A stretch of DNA of 64,000 bases, taken from Lama glama. Taxonomy: Eukaryota. The notes beneath the pieces are model-generated. The model did no database searches. It was not told the origin of the DNA and saw only the letters and a list, made by a program, of their open reading frames with translations. Where the stretch lies: contig CM052818.1 in the NCBI GenBank assembly GCA_028534125.1, forward strand, positions 24,988,001 to 25,052,000. The letters are read 5' to 3'. The stretch's first letter is position 1. Each line of letters opens with the position of its first letter. Positions 58,839 through 64,000 of this stretch are shown here, one piece after another. Made by a program: the position numbers and the translations under genes.

Positions 58839-61718
58839 ATCATATCCTAAAATAATGAAAAGGCTTTTGAATATTTTAAACATTTTCAGGTGGGACAGGG
58901 GTGGACATGAAGCTCAGATGAAGAAATCACTCTGGATACACTGTGAGAGGTGAAGGTCAAAATGGCTACAGATAGACCAATGAGGAGGCTTTCACGGTAA
59001 TCTCAGTAAGAGATGATGGTAGTTTAGGACAGTGGGAAAGGAAGAAGGGAGAAGAGAATGGATTCAGGAGAGGTTTCAAAGGCAAAATTGGATGTGACGT
59101 GTAAAACAGAGGGAAGGGTCAGAGAGACTCCAAGTTGCAGCCTGCTCAACCCTTCAGTGAGATATGGAGCAATGGAAAGATCTGGGGGGAAGGTCAAAAG
59201 TGTGGTTTTGGATGCATTACATGTTAGATGCCTGGGAGACTTCCAAGTGCAAATGTCAAATAGGAAGTTGGACGTGTGGGTCTAGAGCTCAGAGGAGAGA
59301 TCTAGGCCAGGGAAACATTTTAGGCATGCATAAAATTTAGAATAAGAAGCGTGTCTAGGAGTGAACCTTGGGTATTTTAATATTTATTAACCTGGGAAAA
59401 ATAGATAAGACTGTAAAAGAGATAGTAAATTAGCTGTCAGAGAAGACAAAGGAAACCAGAAAAGTCCTGTGTCAGTGAAGCCAAGAAAAGACAGCTGTTC
59501 CAGGAGGAGAGTGGCCAGTAGTGCAGATGACTACCGTGAGGTCAAGGACGACACAGGACCTTCGCACAAGCTGTCTGGTTGGGTTGATGGGCCAGGAGCC
59601 ATCAACAGTGACCTGAGGGGTGAGTAGGAAGTGAGAAAAAAGAGTCCACGAATATAAATATTCTTTCTAGAAGTCTCTGTAAAGGGGAGAGGAGAAGGTG
59701 ATGGTTTGAGGAGAACATAGGGTTGGGAGAGGGTTGTCTCCATTCACCCCACTCCTCCCTCCATGGGGGCCTCAAGCATGCTATAAAGCTGACAAGAAGA
59801 GTCCAATTGAGACAGGACTGAAAATAAAAGCATGATGAGAGAGCGTGCAGCACTGCAGAGGGATAAGGGACTGAAAAGGGTATGTAGCCGGGGACTAGCC
59901 TTTTGCCCAGGGAGATGATGCTGGTGACAAGGTGGTCAAAAATGGCAGGAATCTATTAATGGTATGACAATGCTGGTGAAGAGTGGATCAGCTGGAATCA
60001 AAGCTCCCTGTTGCTCCCTGGTTAGGCCTGCAAAATATTTGTGAGAAATTGGTATGGTACAACCGAGAAATCTTAGCCTAGGTATCTCAGAGGTTGAATC
60101 CTTGCCCAAAATAGAAATGGCAGTAGTCCCTGTGGGTGGGAATTCTTAGGGTTCTCCTCTGAGTTGAAATCTAAACCAACTCCTTTCTGAGGAAATATCA
60201 GGTGTTTTTACTCATTCAGGTCACAAGATTATTTCCCCAAATCATAATGTTTTGCAAGTGAAGAAACTGGGCCACATCCCTAGCTATGGCTCATCTCAAC
60301 CAGAACGGAAGAATTCGGAGTTGGCACGAGTCCAGCTTTCCAGTGTTTTCCAAAGTGCAGAATACCAGCGTGGCATGAAGCCATCATCTGACACAGTGTC
60401 TTCAGACACCCACTCCCAGGCCTCATGAAGTCACAGCAGGGAATTTAATCCAGTTTGACCTGAGCATCTGCTGGGTGCCAGGCTCCGCATCGGGTCACCT
60501 AGGCAGACATTATCCCATTTAATTGTCATAACACTCAGTGACTTCTGGATCTGAGCTTCTACCTGAGATAAAAGAAATCTGCTTTGCCACCTTTCTGAGA
60601 ACCCCAGGCTGGTTCTTTCACCTCCCCAGTGGCCTTCATGTATGGCCCCAGGCTAACCTGGCCCATCAGGCCCATGATAAAGATTTTTTAATTTACTGTG
60701 GCACATTTCCTTGAGCCTTTCCAGACTTCTCCCAGCCAACCCAACTGCCAGGAAAGGTCCATATTTTTATCTTCTCAACTTTCCTTTCTTCCAAGCTGTA
60801 TTACAGATAAATATTTGTGGTCATTGCCCAGTGAAACCAAAGTACACAAATATCATGTGCTAATTAAAAATAAATTTTTTTAAGCCAGAGAGGGATTTTC
60901 TGAGTACTTATCATTATTATATTTTTAGGCCACCAACCCCGACCTCAACCCCAACCCACTTTGTCAAAAAAATCTTTTCATCTCTCAATTGACAGAACCA
61001 GAGTGAGCCACTGAGCAAGACTTGTAGGAGGAAGTGAGGTTTCCGAGAACTAAGAGGTAAATCTCTATTCCTCACCATGTCTCAACAGCAAATTCAGTCT
61101 GTCCTTGCCTCCAGGGACATTTAGGATCAATCGTCTCCTTGTCACTAGTCACCCTACCATAATTGCAATATCTCCTGTGAGAATATCTTATTATTCAGCT
61201 TTGATGTTCTGAATTTCTATAAATTTTTCTTGGTATCTTATTTTTTTCCCAGCTTTATAATCAGGTGATATAAGCATAAGTAGAATGCTGAAAACTGATT
61301 CCAGACTCATAAAAGCAATCCCTAAACTATTTGTTCCTAAGAATCAGCAGCTCCAATCCCAAAGGAATACTCTTTCACAGGATAAATAAACATGATGTGT
61401 CTGTAACCCCAGAGTGCCCTGAGGATTGCTGATGTGGGTCAGAGATTCAGAAGGCTTCTCCACTCCCATCTGAGGAATTTCTACTTCCTTCCCTCTCCAA
61501 CCTCTGTCTGCCTGACCTCACTGTCTACCCTCCCCGACTCCCCACACTTCCTCCATGTAAAAGTGAGGGAGACTTTTGTCCTACAAGTTTGCACTGACCT
61601 GTCCCCAACTGAGTTTAGTGATAAAGCAGTCAACAAAAATGTATTGAATACCAGCTACATGTGAGACTAGTTGACCCTTCATTACCTATCATCTGCATAG
61701 CTCATTAAGAATGAGGAA

Positions 61719-62419
61719 CATTCCTTAAAAAACTAAAAACAAAGTTACCATATGATCCAGCAATCCCACTCCTGGGCCTATATCCAGAGAAAACTCTAAT
61801 TTGAAAAGATACACACACTCCAATGTTCATAGCAGCACTATTTACAATAGCCAAGACATGGAAACGACCTAAATGCCCATTGACAGATGAACAGATAAAG
61901 AAGATGTATATATATATATACACACACACACACATGTGTGTGTGCATACACACACAAACAATGGAATACTACTCAGCCATAAAAAAGAATGAAATAATGG
62001 CATTTGCAGCAACATGAATGGACCTAGAGATTATCATATTAAGTGAAGTAAGTCAAAGACAAATACCATATGATAGCACTTATATGTGAAATCTAAAAAA
62101 ATGATAGAAATAAACTTATTTATAAAACAGAAAGAGACTCACTGACAGAAAACAAACTTACTGTTACCAAAGGGGAAAGAGGGGGAGAGCTAAATTAACA
62201 GTTTGGAATTAACATATATACACTATTAAATATGAAATGAATAAGGACCTACTGTATAGCACAGGGAACTATATTTAGTATATTGTAATAACTTATAATG
62301 GAAAAGAATCTGAAAAAGAATATATATATATATATATATATAAATAACTGAATCACTTTGCTGTGCACCTGAAACTAACACAACATTGTAAATCAACCAT
62401 ACTTCAATTGAAAAGTGAA
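61719..62419 (+). mobile_element. 5'-truncated L1 (ORF2 C-terminus + 3' UTR) with perfect 12-bp TSD
   Basis: [14 protein letters not shown]...MFIAALFTIAKTWKRPKCPLTDEQIKKM...MEYYSAIKKNEIMAFAAT; TSD aagaatgaggaa at 61707-61718 and 62420-62431, TT/AAGA cut site. Confidence 0.97.
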
Positions 62420-62799
62420 AAGAATGAGGAAGACAACACTTTGAAAACATACTGTAAAAATGCTGAATAGTAACAATTAATAATAACACATCATCCTAGG
62501 TAGAAAGCAGGTTTATCTAAAGGGGATAAAATTACCTACAGTACAACAGCAGCTACTGAATAAAGCGAGTTAGCACCCAGACACTTGTGCTATTTGTAAC
62601 AGTGATGTTCTTTATTCAGCTTTTAAAGTCACACCTGGCATTCAAAGCCTATTTCTCAAACACAAGGCCCTTGAAAGCTTTTCCTTTTTAATATATAGAC
62701 AGTATTGTCTTTTTCACTAGAATAATTTCAAGTTATGGCCTCTTTTCCCAACAAGATCAGATAGGAAAAAAATGTAGATGTGAACTTATTGTGTGTTTG

Positions 62800-63050
62800 A
62801 TTGAGTCATTCCTTCTTTCAGCAAGCATGTGTTGCAGGCCTGCTCTGCCTCAGGCATTACACCAAGCACTGAGATACCAGGGTGGGCAAGACACAGGCAT
62901 GCCCACAAGTAGCTCACAGCTTGGCAGGCATCTACACAAATTACAGCAATGAAGCATTACAGGTGCACGACAGACATCTGTGAAGTCATTATAGTAGGAG
63001 CCCAAAAAGCCATTACAGGGGGTTCTACCTGTGATAGGTCATAAAAGGCT
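62800..63050 (-). mobile_element. L2 3' end
   Basis: cattccttctttcagcaagcatgtgttg...ggcattacaccaagcactgagatac...aagacacaggc...gctcacagc. Confidence 0.75.
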
Positions 63051-63439
63051 TTACAGAATAAGAGATGGAAAACAATCACGTGGCCAAAAATGCATGACAT
63101 TTCAAAGTCACATTCGAGCATCACCACATTTCTACATTCCGTCATTAAGTGACTAATTTCTCTAAATAACAAAAGAATTTGTTATTTCTGATAGTAATGA
63201 TAGTCAAGCTTAGGAACTATGGTATTGGCTTGATCAATATGTGTGAAATGCTTCTAACTGAGGTTTGTGGTTTGTACATTCTTCTCCAGAACAATCCACA
63301 ATTACCGTCAAACTTTTCTAATTCTCAGCTGGCTGATCCACACAGTAAAGCAACAGTTACAACCCATTCTGCAAAAATCTTCTGGCCCAGTATCTACTAA
63401 AGTTGCACATTCTAGAGTTATGACTTCACTATTGAAAAT

Positions 63440-63640
63440 ATATCTGGTAAAATCTGAATAAGCTCTGTAGTTTAGTTAAAGAGTTTTGTACCAATGTTAA
63501 ATGTCTTTGTTTGGAAAACTGTACTATGATTACACAGATGTTAAAATTGGGAAACTTGGATGAGGGAATATACAGGAAAGCTCTGTATCAGTTTTGCAAC
63601 TTTTCAGATAATTTAAAATTAGTTCAAAATAAGAAGTAAA
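63440..63640 (+). mobile_element. L1MC/MD 3' end fragment
   Basis: ctggtaaaatctgaataag...ttgtaccaatgttaa...tgtactatg...gatgttaaaattgggaaact...ctctgtatcagttttgcaactttt. Confidence 0.8.
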
Positions 63641-63863
63641 TAAATATTTGTGCGCATGTATGGGTATATTTACATTTTTTATGAGATCAATGCTACAAAA
63701 ACTGTGTTCCACAAGCTCTTTATTACTATCAGACAAACTAAATATGGAAACTGAAAGCAAGCATTTAGAAGCTTTTATAACAATTTAACATTTCCACAGT
63801 ATTTAAGCATATGATTATTTTCCTAGAAATGTACATTTATTGCATTTTTTTAAAGTATCAATC

Positions 63864-64000
63864 TGTATTAGTCACAGTTCTCCAGAGAAACAGAACCAAC
63901 AGTGTGTGTGTGTGTCTGTGTCTGTGTGTGTGTTGATATATACAGAATTCCTTCTTGCTCAGGGGAGTTTCAGTCTTTTTTCTATTAATATCTTCAACTG
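63864..64000 (-). mobile_element. MLT2 LTR end, running off the window
   Basis: tgtattagtcacagttctccagagaaacagaaccaacag(tg)n...ttccttcttgctcagggg...tcagtctttt...cttcaactg. Confidence 0.85.

Larger units (their letters stand above)
57990..59900 (-). mobile_element. Long L2a-type fossil hosting two SINEs
   Basis: ttcattcatttattcactcattcatccattcaacaaatgcattt...gtgctaggcacc...ggaggtcagggaag...gagctgagatttgaag...agagatgatggtagtttagg...ccaagtgcaaatgtcaaataggaagttgg. Confidence 0.92.

Noticed and set aside
1..64000. CRISPR arrays, operons, prokaryotic defence systems or another novel multi-gene system
   Set aside because: The DNA is mammalian and repeat-rich; there are no regularly spaced direct repeats and no long ORFs or gene clusters.

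Overview
This is mammalian genomic DNA, most likely camelid (alpaca/llama/camel), judged from three tRNA-Ala-derived SINEs of the camelid (vic-1-like) type and two relatively young L1 3' ends. The window is intergenic or deep intronic. I recognise no protein-coding gene, rRNA or genuine tRNA gene. The short ORFs in the track are random ORFs, simple repeats or decayed L1 ORF2 C-termini. Roughly half the window is interspersed repeats: L2, MIR, L3/CR1, old and young L1, MaLR/ERVL/ERV1 LTRs, a truncated ERVL provirus fossil (LTR-PBS-gag-pro-RT), and hAT/Tigger DNA transposons. A 500-N scaffold gap is flanked by an exact 199-bp duplication, probably an assembly overlap. I found no new biological system. 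The best second-look items are modest: a MER53 hairpin carrying 19 nt identical to mature miR-1302 as I recall it, two SINEs inserted sequentially at one target site, a ~100-bp L1 insertion with a possible 3' transduction, a degenerate interstitial telomeric/G4 tract, a candidate in-frame 57-nt exon, and an unassigned ~435-bp insert in an L2. Repeat names come from remembered consensus sequences, not from a RepeatMasker run, so subfamily names and most boundaries are approximate (tens of bp).
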